Numbered from the stretch's first letter, positions 21,755 to 33,762 are shown. The stretch: DNA of 64,000 nt from Puniceicoccales bacterium (GCA_031260055.1 JAIRKQ010000025.1:2302-66301); one strand, 5' to 3'. Numbers and translations are program-made. Notes: generated by a model from the sequence alone, not told the origin.

Positions 21755-24700
21755 ATGAGTTTCGCAGAAAAAACTAATTTCAAAGAAGTAAAGTCGATTT
21801 TAGGGTTTGATGATATCAGCAATTATAATCGTGTTGGTATTGCCATCGCTTCTCCTGATACTATTCGCTCGTGGTCAAGCGGTGAAATAAAAAATCCGGA
21901 GACGATAAATTACAGAACTTTTAAGCCCGAACCGGGAGGATTGTTTTGTCAGAAAATTTTTGGTCCAGTTCGCGACTATGAATGTGCCTGTGGCAAATAC
22001 AAACGAATTAAGCACAAAGGAATGGTCTGTGAACGATGTGGTGTCGAAGTCACAGTCTCCCGCGTCCGTCGAGAAAGAATGGGACACATAGAGCTCGCGG
22101 TTCCAATATCACACGTTTGGTTCCTAAAAAGCTTACCAAGTCGAATCGGGTTGATGCTCGATATAACGGCAAAAAATTTGGAAAAGGTCATATACTATGA
22201 GCGCTATATGATCGTTGATCCAGGAGTTACGCCTTTGCAAAAATACCAACTGTTAACGGAAAAGGAGTATTCTCAGTTGCAGGAGGAATATGGCGATGAT
22301 GCCTTTGTAGCAAAAATAGGAGCAGAAGCTGTGCGAGATATTTTGGCCCGAATTGATCTGCAAGACCTTATAACGGAGTTGCAGGAACAGTTGAAAGTTA
22401 CTCACTCAAAGCAGGCAAAAAAGGTTTTGACCAAACGGTTAAAGTTGGTGAATGGATTTGAAACAAGTAATGTTCGGCCGGAATGGATGATACTAGAAGT
22501 TTTGCCGATTATTCCTCCCGATTTGCGTCCTCTGGTCCCCCTAGATGGAGGGCGTTTTGCTACCAGTGACTTAAATGACTTGTATCGCAGGGTTATCAAT
22601 CGAAATAATCGCCTGAAAAGTCTATTGAGCCTAAAAACTCCTGATGTCATAATTCACAATGAAATGCGCATGCTCCAGGAGGCAGTCGATGCATTATTCG
22701 ACAACGACAAGCATGGGAGGAGTGTCATGGGGGCAGGCAATAGGCCTTTGAAATCCCTCAGCGAAATGTTGAAGGGGAAACAGGGACGTTTTAGGCAGAA
22801 TCTATTGGGCAAGCGCGTCGATTATAGTGGACGATCGGTAATCGTCGTGGGCCCAGAATTGAAAATCCACCAGTGCGGATTACCGAAACGTATGGCTTGG
22901 ATACTATTTGAGCCGTTTATCATAAGGCGTTTGAAGGAACTCGGTTTTGTTCATACGGTTCGCAGTGCCCGCAAGATGATAGAAAAGCAGGCCCCAGAAG
23001 TTTGGGACATCCTGGAAGAAGTAACCCGTGAGCATCCAATATTGCTAAATCGTGCACCTACGCTCCATAGATTGTCTATCCAAGCATTTGAACCCCTCTT
23101 GATAGAAGGGGATGCCATACGATTGCATCCATTGGTATGTGCAGCTTTCAATGCTGACTTCGACGGTGACCAAATGGCCGTACACGTGCCACTGTCCTTG
23201 GAAGCTGTAATGGAAGCAAGGATGTTGATGTTAGCTTCGAAGAACATTTTTTCGCCATCGAGTGGAAAACCAGTACTTGTTCCTTCGCAGGACATCGTCC
23301 TAGGTTGCTATTATCTCACGATTGATCCTATGGTAAAGAAAGACCCAAATGCAACTTTACCATTGATATCTAGTGTCGAAGAAGCATTGCGGATAGATGC
23401 GGAAAATATTTTGAGAAAGCACGATAGGGTACGCTATGTGAATCCAGATTATAAGCAGAATACTCGCTATGGCGATCCAAATGCAAAGATCATAGAAACC
23501 ACGCTTGGCCGGATAATTTTTAACAGCATTTTCCCTCAGGCTTTGGGATTTGTAAACTCTCCCGTGGCCAAAGGGAAGCTGGGAGATCTCGTTCTTAATA
23601 CGTATAAGGTAGTCGGCCAAGAACTTGCCGTAAAAGTCTTGGATAAATTAAAAGATCTTGGGTTTAAGGAAGCTACGAAGGCGGGATTATCCATTGGAAT
23701 TAGTGATATGATAATTCCAGACAATAAACAAAATGTCATTTCCGCTGCTAAGAAGAAAATTGCTGACGTGGAAGCACAACATAAAAGAGGTATCATTACT
23801 TCCGGTGAACGTTACAATAAAATAGTTGATATTTGGACTACGGCTACCGATGATATTGCCCAAATGGCATTTGAATCGCTAGCCAAAAATGGTGGGGCAA
23901 GCGATGTAAATTCGATATTTTTGATGATGGATTCCGGCGCCCGTGGCAATCGGCAACAGGTCCGTCAGCTATGCGGTATGCGCGGTCTTATGGCAAAACC
24001 GTCAGGAGAAATTATCGAACAACCAATATTGTCATCATTTCGGGAAGGTTTGTCCGTTCTAGAATATTTTAGTTCTACGCACGGTGCCAGAAAAGGTTTG
24101 GCCGATGCTGCTTTAAAAACGGCAGATGCGGGGTATCTAACACGCAAGTTGTGCGACGTTGCTATGGACTGTGTGATAGAAGATCACGACGATGGAAATA
24201 GAAATGGCGTATGGAAATCGGCAATTTGGGAAGGCGATGACGAAATTGTCAGTCTGGCAGATAGGATTATTGGCCGTTGTACCAGTGAAGATGTAAAAAA
24301 TTTGCTTGATCCGGACGAAATAATAGTCGCGGCTGGTGAGTTAATAACGGCCGACATCGCCAAACGCATAGAAGAATGTGGCGTCGAACGTGTCAAGATT
24401 ATGTCGCCGCTAACACATATGACAAAAAGTACAATTCCAGCAAAGGCATATGGGATTAATCCTGCTACGAATAGCATAGTTGAGCGAGGAACTGCCGTTG
24501 GAGTAATTGCTGCTCAATCCATCGGTGAACCGGGAACACAGTTAACATTAAGGACCTTTCACGTGGGTGGTGTTGCCAGCCAAGTCTTGAAAAGTTCAGA
24601 ATATCGGGCACGACACGCTGGTTTTGTCAAATTTAATGGTTTGAGAATGGTTACAACCCTCGAAAACGCAAATATTGTGTTGAACAAAACAGGATCTATT

Positions 24701-25888
24701 CAAATTGTCGATTCTGAAGGCCATGAGTTGGAGGTTTATTCTATCGTGCCTGGCGCCTTACTCTACGTTTCCGATGGTGCAAAAATTGGAAAGGGCGATT
24801 TGATCGTCATGTGGGATCCACATAATATGCCAATTTTATCGGAAAAACCAGGTGTCATAAACTTCAAGGACATGATCCCCGGCGTAACAATTAAGAGGGA
24901 TGTCGATGTTTCAACGGGGCGCATAACCATCATCATCATCGAACATAAGGATGACCTAAACCCAGTGATTGAAATTTTAGCAGGTATCAATGACCAGGGG
25001 TTGCCCACAGATAAAGTAGTGGCCACATATTCTATCCCGACCGGAGCTCAGGTCATCGTAAATAATAGCAATGAGGTGCAAGCTGGGGCATTGTTGGCAA
25101 AAACTTCCCGTTCGGCCTCCAAAACCCAGGATATTACCGGTGGATTGCCGAGAATTGCAGAATTGTTCGAAGCTAGATGTCCTAAAGATGTCGCAGAAAT
25201 GGCAAAATCGGATGGTATCGTGTCCTTCGGTGGGACTTTGCGCAATAAGCGTCGTATTTTTATCACCGATAGCGAAACGGGTGAAAGGCAGGAACATTTG
25301 ATTGCCCAGGGGAAGCACATCATTGTCCATGAAGGTGATTTCATAAACAAAGGGCAAAGCTTAACCGATGGCTCTCCGGATCCCCATGAAATATTGAGCA
25401 TTTTGGGCCCATCGAGCCTTCAGGAATATTTGGTTTCTGAAATTCAAAAGGTCTACAGGTTGCAGGGTGTTGTCATCAACGACAAACACATAGAAATTAT
25501 TGTCGCATGTATGCTGAAAAAAGTACGGGTACTAGAACCAGGAGATTCTGACTTTTTCTGGGGAGAGCAGGTTAGTCGTGACCTGTTCATGGCCGAAAAT
25601 AAAAAAATCCTAGAAGCGGGAGGAGAGCCTGCTACCAGCGAACCAGTTTTGATGGGCATAACAAAGTCATCCATAGAAACGGATAGTTTTATTGCCGCTG
25701 CATCATTCCAAGAGACCACCAAAGTTTTGACGGAAGCTGCTACGCTTGGGAAATGCGATCCTTTGAAAGGATTTAAGGAAAATGTCATCATGGGACACCT
25801 AATTCCTGCCGGTACCGGATTACCGGAATATCGTTATCTTAAAGTAAAACATTTGGTGCCCCAGGAAGAATTGTTTGAAAAAAGGTGA
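21755..25888 (+). CDS. rpoC: RNA polymerase beta' subunit
   Basis: 1377 aa. Zn-binding CxCGK...CxxCG and the catalytic [12 protein letters not shown] motif. Confidence 0.98.
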   Translation: MSFAEKTNFKEVKSILGFDDISNYNRVGIAIASPDTIRSWSSGEIKNPETINYRTFKPEPGGLFCQKIFGPVRDYECACGKYKRIKHKGMVCERCGVEVTVSRVRRERMGHIELAVPISHVWFLKSLPSRIGLMLDITAKNLEKVIYYERYMIVDPGVTPLQKYQLLTEKEYSQLQEEYGDDAFVAKIGAEAVRDILARIDLQDLITELQEQLKVTHSKQAKKVLTKRLKLVNGFETSNVRPEWMILEVLPIIPPDLRPLVPLDGGRFATSDLNDLYRRVINRNNRLKSLLSLKTPDVIIHNEMRMLQEAVDALFDNDKHGRSVMGAGNRPLKSLSEMLKGKQGRFRQNLLGKRVDYSGRSVIVVGPELKIHQCGLPKRMAWILFEPFIIRRLKELGFVHTVRSARKMIEKQAPEVWDILEEVTREHPILLNRAPTLHRLSIQAFEPLLIEGDAIRLHPLVCAAFNADFDGDQMAVHVPLSLEAVMEARMLMLASKNIFSPSSGKPVLVPSQDIVLGCYYLTIDPMVKKDPNATLPLISSVEEALRIDAENILRKHDRVRYVNPDYKQNTRYGDPNAKIIETTLGRIIFNSIFPQALGFVNSPVAKGKLGDLVLNTYKVVGQELAVKVLDKLKDLGFKEATKAGLSIGISDMIIPDNKQNVISAAKKKIADVEAQHKRGIITSGERYNKIVDIWTTATDDIAQMAFESLAKNGGASDVNSIFLMMDSGARGNRQQVRQLCGMRGLMAKPSGEIIEQPILSSFREGLSVLEYFSSTHGARKGLADAALKTADAGYLTRKLCDVAMDCVIEDHDDGNRNGVWKSAIWEGDDEIVSLADRIIGRCTSEDVKNLLDPDEIIVAAGELITADIAKRIEECGVERVKIMSPLTHMTKSTIPAKAYGINPATNSIVERGTAVGVIAAQSIGEPGTQLTLRTFHVGGVASQVLKSSEYRARHAGFVKFNGLRMVTTLENANIVLNKTGSIQIVDSEGHELEVYSIVPGALLYVSDGAKIGKGDLIVMWDPHNMPILSEKPGVINFKDMIPGVTIKRDVDVSTGRITIIIIEHKDDLNPVIEILAGINDQGLPTDKVVATYSIPTGAQVIVNNSNEVQAGALLAKTSRSASKTQDITGGLPRIAELFEARCPKDVAEMAKSDGIVSFGGTLRNKRRIFITDSETGERQEHLIAQGKHIIVHEGDFINKGQSLTDGSPDPHEILSILGPSSLQEYLVSEIQKVYRLQGVVINDKHIEIIVACMLKKVRVLEPGDSDFFWGEQVSRDLFMAENKKILEAGGEPATSEPVLMGITKSSIETDSFIAAASFQETTKVLTEAATLGKCDPLKGFKENVIMGHLIPAGTGLPEYRYLKVKHLVPQEELFEKR

Positions 25889-26063
25889 GAGGCGCAATTT
25901 ACAATAAAACAATCGATGCAAGGTAGGTGGGTAAAATTTTGCGCATCTTTCTATCTTTGCATGGACATATTTCCTTTTTCGATCAATGTATTTTGCAGGT
26001 TAGTTTTTGTTGATTTTGAAAGGATAAATTACGCTATATTACATCCTAGTCCTGTTTGGATAT

Positions 26064-27956
26064 TTGTTGGCGCATACGCCTAAGTGTATCCTTCGATTAT
26101 TGTGCATCGTGTGTGGCAGCATTGTTATGTTTGCAATGCCTTCCCGTAGACGACTTGTGTTGTCGAATTTATATTATGCTTTCCCTAATCGAAGTGCACT
26201 CTGGCGCAGAAAAGTCTGTAGAGAAAACTTTTTCCGCCTCATAGAACTTGGCTTGTTAAGTGTTGCCGGAAACTTTCTTAGTAAAAAAAGAATAAAGACA
26301 GATTTTAAATTAAACGAAGAATATAAAACGGTTATTAGGCAAATTCTAATGGGGAAACAGGGAGCCATTGTTCTGGTTCCTCACTTTACTTTAATGGAGA
26401 GTATGACGCTTTTGCCAAAAATCGTAGATGACGTCGATTGGCCCGAAGTAGGCGTCGTTTACCGACCATTCGATAACCGATTATTGGAAAAGTTTGTAAA
26501 GTATACCCGCGAAGGATGCGGGATGAAATTGGTCTCTCGTAAAAAAGGCATATTCGAAGCGATGCAGATCCTAAAAAATAAAGGGATAATATCGTTACTG
26601 TTCGATCAAAATGCCGGCGATAGCGGCCATCGCATGATATTTTTCAACCGGCTAATTGCGTCGACGGACCTACCAGCTCTGCTATATCAAAAGTTTAAAG
26701 TGCCCGTTTATTTCCTATACCCTAGGAGAGTTGGCTTCTGGGAGGCAAACATTAAGATTAAAAGGCTAAATTTCGATGAAAATGATCCCAAAACAATCCT
26801 GTTTGCTGCCAATAGACACTTGGAAGAAATTTTGAAGATAAATGAAAGCGTCTGTTCCGACTGGCTATGGGCTCATGATAGGTGGAAAGTAGCAGCCTAT
26901 GATATAAAAAATTTGGTGAAACGGAGGTGTGAATGGTTGTCACAGTCTCAAAAGTACCTGAACATCAAGCTCGAAACACAAATAAATCTCCATGTTATGG
27001 TACGCATGCCAAATTGGTTGGGGGATATTATCATGGCAGTAGCTGTGTTACGGACGCTAAAACATTACCGTCCTGATATGGAACTAATCTTGACTTGCCA
27101 AAAACAGTTCGTCGATTTTCTTGCCGCATTGGAAATTGCAGACAAAGTGGTACAATTACCCGAAAAAAATTTTAAATATTTTCTCAATATTCTAAAAATT
27201 AAAGAGGTTTACCCATACCCGGATGTTTATATTTCGCTTGTTAACTCACTGCGCGGTGATATTGAAGCGATTTTGATGGGTGCTCCCAAAAGGATAGGAA
27301 CGGATTCCAAAAATAGATCCTATAGAAAAATTTTTATAAATAACTTGTATGAAAGCGGTGCTGATACTGGATCTTTACATCAAACAAAATTATGGGAAAA
27401 TGCATTGAATGAATTTGGGATTGAGTGCGAAGATAATCTTTCCCCATTCAAATTGTGTACAGATGTGGGAATTACTTCAAAAGCTAAACGTACAATCGGA
27501 ATGGTGTGTGGATCCATCAATACTCCCCGCAAACGCTGGCCTGCGAAATCTTGGAGAATTTTAATCGAAAGAATTCATGGAATATATAAGGACGTGCACA
27601 TGAATCTGTATGGCACGAAGGCAGATGCTATGTTTATCGATGAAATTTCTCTTTTTCTCAATCGGGAAAGGATTTTAAATTTGGCTGGTAAAACGAACAT
27701 ACTCGAATTGGCAAGTTATATGCAAAGGGATGCTCTAGTAATCGCGATTGACACCGGAGGTATGCACTTGGCCAACATGTTCGGCCGTCCATTGATTTGC
27801 ATATATGGTGTTACCAATGCCCTCGTTACCGGGCCAATATTTAATGCTGATAAAATAATCGTCATGCCCGACAGCTGTCCTCAAAGTGGTGGCTTCTTGA
27901 CGGAAGATATCAGCATAGAATCTGTCCTCAAGGCCGTTCAATTGATGCTAAAGTAA
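26064..27956 (+). CDS. fusion protein: LpxL/HtrB-type lipid A late acyltransferase domain plus GT9 (heptosyltransferase-family) glycosyltransferase domain
   Basis: N-terminal half: RRRLVLSNLYYAFP and LVPHFTLMES (HX4E/D acyltransferase motif). C-terminal half from about nt 26960: VRMPNWLGDIIMAVAVLRTLK and AIDTGGMHLANMFGRPLICIYG, typical of GT9. Confidence 0.7.
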   Translation: MLAHTPKCILRLLCIVCGSIVMFAMPSRRRLVLSNLYYAFPNRSALWRRKVCRENFFRLIELGLLSVAGNFLSKKRIKTDFKLNEEYKTVIRQILMGKQGAIVLVPHFTLMESMTLLPKIVDDVDWPEVGVVYRPFDNRLLEKFVKYTREGCGMKLVSRKKGIFEAMQILKNKGIISLLFDQNAGDSGHRMIFFNRLIASTDLPALLYQKFKVPVYFLYPRRVGFWEANIKIKRLNFDENDPKTILFAANRHLEEILKINESVCSDWLWAHDRWKVAAYDIKNLVKRRCEWLSQSQKYLNIKLETQINLHVMVRMPNWLGDIIMAVAVLRTLKHYRPDMELILTCQKQFVDFLAALEIADKVVQLPEKNFKYFLNILKIKEVYPYPDVYISLVNSLRGDIEAILMGAPKRIGTDSKNRSYRKIFINNLYESGADTGSLHQTKLWENALNEFGIECEDNLSPFKLCTDVGITSKAKRTIGMVCGSINTPRKRWPAKSWRILIERIHGIYKDVHMNLYGTKADAMFIDEISLFLNRERILNLAGKTNILELASYMQRDALVIAIDTGGMHLANMFGRPLICIYGVTNALVTGPIFNADKIIVMPDSCPQSGGFLTEDISIESVLKAVQLMLK

Positions 27957-27988
27957 TAAATTTGAATGCCCGAGCCATTGATAATTGA

Positions 27989-29386
27989 TCATCCAATTGC
28001 TTTTTCCGTTTGCATGTCAATCAAGCGTTTCATCTCGATGCTGTATTCCATCGGAAATTCTCGCACCAAATCATTGATGAAACCGTTGACACTTAGACTT
28101 ACGGCTTGGGCTTCAGGGATGCCTCGCTGTTGCATATAGAAAATCTGTTCCTCGCTAATTTTTGACACACTGGCTTCATGTTGGACGATATTTTTATTGC
28201 CGCTAACATTAATTTTAGGGAAAGTTGCAGTTTTACTAGTTGGATTTATCAAAAGTGCATCGCAAACGGTATTATTTTTACAACCTTTTAAATTCTTTGA
28301 AATATTGACAACTCCCCGATAGGATGCCATACCCCCACCGAAGGAAACGGATTTTGATACAATGTTTGAAGAGGTGTTATCGGCGAGGTGTATCATTTTT
28401 GCTCCGGTGTCTTGGATTTGGCCATCGGCAGCGACTGCTATAGATAAGACTTCACCCTTGGCATATTTCCCCGCTAGATAAATCGCCGGGTATTTCATCG
28501 TTAGGCGGGAACCGATATTACAATCAATCCATTTAATTTCTGCGTTTTCATGGGCAACACCACGCTTGGTCACCAGGTTGAAAACATTGTTCGACCAATT
28601 CTGGACGGTAATGTACTGAATTTTTGCATTTTTTAGGGCAATGATTTCCACAACGGCGGAATGTAAAGTGGACGTTTCAAATTTCGGAGCGGTACATCCT
28701 TCCAAGTACGTCACTTCGGCACCTTCATCCACAATAATTAAAGTACGTTCAAATTGTCCAAACCGTTCTGAATTTATGCGAAAATACGCCTGCAGTGGTT
28801 GTTTTACTTGAACATTTTTAGGGACATAGATGAAGCTCCCTCCGCTGAAAACGGCACTGTTCAAAGCACTGAACTTGTTATCCGTAATTGGAACAACCGT
28901 TCCAAAATATTTTCGAAATATTTCTGGAAATTTGTTCAACCCTTCCGTCGAATTGACAAAAATTACACCCTGTTTGCTGAGATCTTCTTTGATGCGAGAA
29001 TATGCCGATTCACTGTCGAATTGAGCCTCGACTCCCGCAAAAAATTTTCTTTCTTTCTCCGGTACCCCAAGCCGTTCAAAAGTTGTCTTCACATCCTGAG
29101 GAACCTTTTCCCAGGACATTTGTGGCAACTGATCATTGGCCAGATAATATCGAATGGCAGAAAAATCTAAATCGCGGACATCGCGATTGGTCACCCACCT
29201 CGGTAAAGATATTTCATGGAACTTTTTTAGTGCGGTCTTTCGAAATTCCCGAATCCAAGGGGCATCGTTTTTGACATCGGAAATATAATCAATTGTCTGT
29301 TCATGTAGACCAACGCCAGCATCATACTTGTAATCAATGTCATAGTGAAAATTTGCAGCGTCAATGGATTGGTGAAGATTGTCCAT
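27989..29386 (-). CDS. sufB: Fe-S cluster assembly protein SufB
   Basis: 465 aa with a full-length SufB-like pattern, immediately downstream of sufC. Confidence 0.92.
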   Translation of the reverse strand: MDNLHQSIDAANFHYDIDYKYDAGVGLHEQTIDYISDVKNDAPWIREFRKTALKKFHEISLPRWVTNRDVRDLDFSAIRYYLANDQLPQMSWEKVPQDVKTTFERLGVPEKERKFFAGVEAQFDSESAYSRIKEDLSKQGVIFVNSTEGLNKFPEIFRKYFGTVVPITDNKFSALNSAVFSGGSFIYVPKNVQVKQPLQAYFRINSERFGQFERTLIIVDEGAEVTYLEGCTAPKFETSTLHSAVVEIIALKNAKIQYITVQNWSNNVFNLVTKRGVAHENAEIKWIDCNIGSRLTMKYPAIYLAGKYAKGEVLSIAVAADGQIQDTGAKMIHLADNTSSNIVSKSVSFGGGMASYRGVVNISKNLKGCKNNTVCDALLINPTSKTATFPKINVSGNKNIVQHEASVSKISEEQIFYMQQRGIPEAQAVSLSVNGFINDLVREFPMEYSIEMKRLIDMQTEKAIG

Positions 29387-29392
29387 GTCGTT

Positions 29393-30160
29393 TTACAATG
29401 TATGTTCATCGTGGATAAATCCATAGCCAAATTTTTCCAACCTATCGATGAGTTCCAAACCTCCACTCATTGCAATTTTCCCATCGGAAATGATATGGAC
29501 AAAATCCGGTCCTATATATTCTAAAAGTTTGTTATGGTGCGTAATAATTATTGCCGCAAAAGTACCATCTCGCATGGCGTTGACAGCATTTGAAACGATT
29601 TTTAATGCATCAATGTCGAGCCCACTATCCATCTCATCGAGGATCGCATATTTTGGCTCGACCATCATCATTTGCAAGACCTCGCAACGTTTCTTCTCTC
29701 CGCCCGAGAAGCCATCATTTAACGACCGCGAAGTGAAAGATTTATCCATTTGCAAAGCCTCCATTTTGGCATACAAATTTTTATAGAAATCTACACCGTT
29801 CAGTGGGGTTCCCTTAGGCAGCCTTGCTTGTACCGCAGCACGAATAAAGTTTGCCAATGAAATTCCTGTAAGTTCCTGTGGAGATTGAAAGGCCAAAAAA
29901 AATCCTTTCCTTGCAATTTCATCGGGGGCCTTCCCCACGATACTTTCCCCATCCAGGACAATATCCCCCCGTTGAATTTTGTATGCCGGATGTCCCGCAA
30001 TGGCCTTAGCCAAAGAACTTTTCCCGATCCCATTTTTCCCAACGAAAGCATGGATTTCTCCCGGAAGAATTTTTAGGGAAAGTCCATCCAATATGACATT
30101 ATCACTTACCGACAATTTCAAATTTTTAATTTCGAAGGCGCACATGGATTCTTTTCCCAA
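29393..30160 (-). CDS. sufC: Fe-S cluster assembly ATPase SufC
   Basis: Walker A GKNGIGKSS, FSGGEKKR signature, ILDEMDSGLD and the typical ITHH motif. Confidence 0.93.
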   Translation of the reverse strand: MGKESMCAFEIKNLKLSVSDNVILDGLSLKILPGEIHAFVGKNGIGKSSLAKAIAGHPAYKIQRGDIVLDGESIVGKAPDEIARKGFFLAFQSPQELTGISLANFIRAAVQARLPKGTPLNGVDFYKNLYAKMEALQMDKSFTSRSLNDGFSGGEKKRCEVLQMMMVEPKYAILDEMDSGLDIDALKIVSNAVNAMRDGTFAAIIITHHNKLLEYIGPDFVHIISDGKIAMSGGLELIDRLEKFGYGFIHDEHTL

Positions 30161-30226
30161 TGGTTAATCATTAAAAATTCAAACACAACCATTTTGACGG
30201 TGCAGCGAAGAAAATAGGATATTTTC

Positions 30227-31219
30227 ATGCTTGAGAATCTGGAAAATTTTATAAATATGGCGACAATGGTGTTATTTCATGTCGTATTTTTTTTGGCTAT
30301 TGGGTTCATATTTCTAACGTACGGAGCAAAATTCTTTTGTGATTCCGCTTTACACATACTGCGTAAGTTCAACATAAATTCAGCCATGGCTGAAATATTT
30401 TTGATTTCAATCGGAACGGCAGCTCCAGACCTCGTGTCGGCCATAACGGCGATCCTAGAAGACCATCCTAACATTGCGATGGGCAATATCGTGGGCAGTA
30501 ATTTTTCGAACTTGGCCCTCGGGTTTGGTATAGCATCCCTTGTTTCTCCGTTCAAGTGCAATAAAAGAGTGGTATGGGTGGAATTTCCTCTGCTGGTTGC
30601 GTTGACAATTTTCTTTACCTTTTGCTGTTTGAGAGGCCAAATAACACGGTGTGCAAGCGCCATCTTTTTGACAACATTTGTGGCCTACCTATTGTTCCCA
30701 TTTTTGAGAAAAAAATTTAAAAATTCATCGGACAAAACCTGCATTGGTGTGGAAAGTCTTAACCCGTGGTCCACCAAGAAAAGCGGTGTCGTTTTCATAT
30801 CTTCCATTGTCTTTCTGACCATTGGAGCTCACTTGGTGGTAACATCCTGCTACCATATTTCGAACTTTTTTAAAATATCGGAAACGTTTATAGGGTTTTC
30901 GTTACTGGCCTTGGGAACAAGCGCTCCTGAGATTTTTGTTGTTACAACAGCGGCTAAACAGCGACATTATACCATTTGTTCCGGAAACATCATTGGATCA
31001 AACCTATTAAACCTGATGCTGATAACCGGACTTTGTACCCTAATACATCCTCTGTACTTTGCGAAAGGATCATTTCTGGTAGAAACCGGTGCTCTTATTT
31101 TTATAACGGTGGCTACCTGGTATATTTTTGCAGTAAAAAATGTATTTTCAAGAAAATATGGCCTAATGTGCTTAGCAACATACTTTCTTGTGGTATTTTT
31201 TCTACACAAGAGTATTTAG
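30227..31219 (+). CDS. Ca2+/cation antiporter (CaCA / YrbG-like)
   Basis: Polytopic membrane protein with two alpha-repeat motifs, GNIVGSNFSNL and GNIIGSNLLNL. Confidence 0.8.
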   Translation: MLENLENFINMATMVLFHVVFFLAIGFIFLTYGAKFFCDSALHILRKFNINSAMAEIFLISIGTAAPDLVSAITAILEDHPNIAMGNIVGSNFSNLALGFGIASLVSPFKCNKRVVWVEFPLLVALTIFFTFCCLRGQITRCASAIFLTTFVAYLLFPFLRKKFKNSSDKTCIGVESLNPWSTKKSGVVFISSIVFLTIGAHLVVTSCYHISNFFKISETFIGFSLLALGTSAPEIFVVTTAAKQRHYTICSGNIIGSNLLNLMLITGLCTLIHPLYFAKGSFLVETGALIFITVATWYIFAVKNVFSRKYGLMCLATYFLVVFFLHKSI

Positions 31220-31255
31220 GTCTGCGAAAAGTTTGCAAAGAACAGGAATATGACC

Positions 31256-32164
31256 CTAAGGGGCGGTTTCATATGAAATTTTTCTATATAGTGCCGCACT
31301 CTTTTTATTATTCTGCACGAGTTGCGAAGGAATGTCCAGAAACTCTATCACCAATGAAAATGTCGATGCAAGACATTCCAATATTTGATTGGAATTATTT
31401 TTTACTAGCTTGAACGTATAATTTGGATGTATCGAAATTTGTCTAAAGATGATGGGGATTTCATTCTCATATAAATTTTTGAGAAAATTTCTGAAAGAAT
31501 CGGTAAACGTTGTAAACTTTATCTTATAAAGGTACGACCTAATACCCCCTACTTGTCTAACATCAGGGAAAAATATATCACCGTTCTCAAAATAGTTGGA
31601 ATGTGGCAGATCACCACGTTCAATGGATAGAATTTTTAGGTAGGAGGTTCGTGTTTCTAGTAAGTAGGAAATGAGTAATCTGAGCTGTTCCTGTTGGCGG
31701 TGAATATCATAAATTTCATTGAGCAAGGGTTGTTCATTTTTTTCGAAAAAGTCCTTAAAACCAAAGGAACAAGTAGGCTCAAACTCTACACCCAGTGCAT
31801 CGCAAGATTCCCGTGCCCATGTTAGGTACTCTGATATTTCAAAAAATACTGCTATGTGGTTGGGGGGTAAACTACGAGCACTACTAGCGTAGGCTAATCT
31901 TGCCATATTTTCCCAGATTTTTGATACAAATTTCCTATACTGAATTATATCTGCTTTGAACTGTCGCTCTTTTTCCAAATGGTCATAGGGTAGCTTCGAC
32001 TGTTTAATGCCGAGGGAGCTTGTTAGGGCTGTAACACTTTCCTTTTGCAAAATTTTATTGCGATAGGCATGGAAGCAGTTTCTTATAATTAAGATCTGAC
32101 ACACCGCCAGTATGGTGACGGTAATGAAAAATAAGCAATGACGTTTAAAGAAAAGTTTTTTCAT
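31256..32164 (-). CDS. membrane-anchored hypothetical protein, possibly Amuc_1100-like / PilO-GspM-position protein
   Basis: One N-terminal TM helix (LFFITVTILAVCQILII). It overlaps the upstream PilM/N-like gene by ATGA. From memory, AYASSARSLPPN...C...SFGFKDF resembles the Akkermansia Amuc_1100 region LASSALVPTTP...C...SWLGFQVY. This is weak. Confidence 0.4.
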   Translation of the reverse strand: MKKLFFKRHCLFFITVTILAVCQILIIRNCFHAYRNKILQKESVTALTSSLGIKQSKLPYDHLEKERQFKADIIQYRKFVSKIWENMARLAYASSARSLPPNHIAVFFEISEYLTWARESCDALGVEFEPTCSFGFKDFFEKNEQPLLNEIYDIHRQQEQLRLLISYLLETRTSYLKILSIERGDLPHSNYFENGDIFFPDVRQVGGIRSYLYKIKFTTFTDSFRNFLKNLYENEIPIIFRQISIHPNYTFKLVKNNSNQILECLASTFSLVIEFLDIPSQLVQNNKKSAALYRKISYETAP

Positions 32165-33762
32165 CTTACAAGAATTTCAGATTGTTGCCCCAGTATTACA
32201 TCAAACGAAAAAGGTAAAATATCACCATTTGCCAGTGACATTTGTATGTTTTCAATGTGATCAATTCCCTTTATTTCACCCAACGACGATATCAACTCTT
32301 CGATGATTTTGTTGATTAGCCTTTTTGTTTCGCCATTATTAATCCATATTTTTGCCGAAACCTTAATCTTGTTATCGCCATTGCCATCCTTCTTGTCTGC
32401 CCACGTAAGCGATTCTATCCAGGCAGTTTTCAAGTGCTCCATTTTACACTGGATTTCGTTGAATAAATCTGCCCAAGCGGCTTGAGAATATAGGGACAAT
32501 TTGGCACCCACTATAAATGAGCGCAAAATTTCATGTTCTGCGTGGGCTTCTTCATACCTGATAATATCCGCGTTAACTTCAAGCAATTTTGCTTCCAGTT
32601 GAGATTTCTTGGTTTCAAGGTTTATCGCGTCTTTTTTTAATATTTTTAATCCCGTTAATAATGCCAGTGTAATGACAATAAAAATAAGTAAATACCCAAA
32701 ATTTTGGCGCTGAAATTCTATTTGAGTTGAAAAGTCTACGGAAAATAACTTCAACGGTTGTACTTGTTTAGAATTCAAACAATACACTGCCCCAATGAAT
32801 ACACCTATGTTGTTTTTTACGAGCACTATCTCTTCTTCGCGTAGGCTACATGTAAATTTATGTTTAAAAGTATCAAACATATTAATAATTACCATATCTT
32901 TTGCGGTATTAAATGCGTCATACAGGTAGCTTTCATTTCCAGTCAGGTACAACTTTTTTATCGGATGCTGCTTCAAGGTTCTACAGTAAAACAGCTCAGA
33001 TTTTTTAATTTCCTGACGCAATTTTTGAGAAAATTGTTTTAGGTAGTAGGTCATGAATGCACGATTTTCATCTTTCTGATTGCTAAAAAATTCCAAAAGC
33101 AAAAGCTTAGCCTTTTCGAAGGATACTTTTTGCGATTCTGTAATCGTTTTAATTAGATGTATTCCCGTAATGGGTATGCTACGAGAGTATTCCGCACCAT
33201 TTCCAATGCACGTTAAATATGATGAATTTTCTCCCATGTATACCAGCATGGAATTCATTGGAGAATCGGCATATTTCTGAATGGCAATAGTATTGAGCAC
33301 TATTTCCGGACAAATATATGAAAAATCTATTTTATTGCGAATTAGGATATCAACCATTTGTTCCGATACTGCCCTCGGAATAGCAATCCCAAGGGCATGA
33401 TTTGTTTGGTCATTGTTCCAATAAATGTCCAAACACCACTCCCTAGTCCCCCCAGGGAAATTATGTTCACACTCAAATTTAAATGCTTCCTGAATACTTT
33501 TTTCCGTTACTTCTGGAATTTGAATATGTTTTATAAAAACTTGATCGTTGGGCGGAACGATTAGCGTTATTCTTTTTTTCGTTGCTTTTGGGATTTGAGA
33601 TACCGCCTTTGCGAAAGCTCGTAACCAACCCATGACATTTTCCTTGAGATCTTCTTTGGACTGGATCGCGTAGGATTCTACTTTGACGAAAATTCCCCGG
33701 CCATCGATTTCCACCAGTGTGATCGATTCCATACCGCAATGCATTATGACATTATTAGCCAT
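32161..33762 (-). CDS. PilM-like actin-fold domain fused to a TM helix and a PilN-like coiled-coil domain (GspL-like architecture)
   Basis: 533 aa. An ~340-aa cytoplasmic domain has a PilM-like layout. It is followed by one TM helix (FGYLLIFIVITLALLTGLKIL), a coiled coil and a C-terminal domain. Confidence 0.5.
   Translation of the reverse strand: MANNVIMHCGMESITLVEIDGRGIFVKVESYAIQSKEDLKENVMGWLRAFAKAVSQIPKATKKRITLIVPPNDQVFIKHIQIPEVTEKSIQEAFKFECEHNFPGGTREWCLDIYWNNDQTNHALGIAIPRAVSEQMVDILIRNKIDFSYICPEIVLNTIAIQKYADSPMNSMLVYMGENSSYLTCIGNGAEYSRSIPITGIHLIKTITESQKVSFEKAKLLLLEFFSNQKDENRAFMTYYLKQFSQKLRQEIKKSELFYCRTLKQHPIKKLYLTGNESYLYDAFNTAKDMVIINMFDTFKHKFTCSLREEEIVLVKNNIGVFIGAVYCLNSKQVQPLKLFSVDFSTQIEFQRQNFGYLLIFIVITLALLTGLKILKKDAINLETKKSQLEAKLLEVNADIIRYEEAHAEHEILRSFIVGAKLSLYSQAAWADLFNEIQCKMEHLKTAWIESLTWADKKDGNGDNKIKVSAKIWINNGETKRLINKIIEELISSLGEIKGIDHIENIQMSLANGDILPFSFDVILGQQSEILVR

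Noticed and set aside
25889-25960. A GCGCAA...TTGCGC inverted repeat after rpoC, considered as a terminator.
   Set aside because: The arms are only 6 bp and are separated by a ~45-nt loop, with no clean T-tract. It is not a convincing intrinsic terminator.
27989-30160. A sufC-sufB pair without adjacent sufD, sufS or sufU.
   Set aside because: Minimal or dispersed suf sets occur in many lineages, and the missing genes may simply lie elsewhere. This is not informative without the whole genome.
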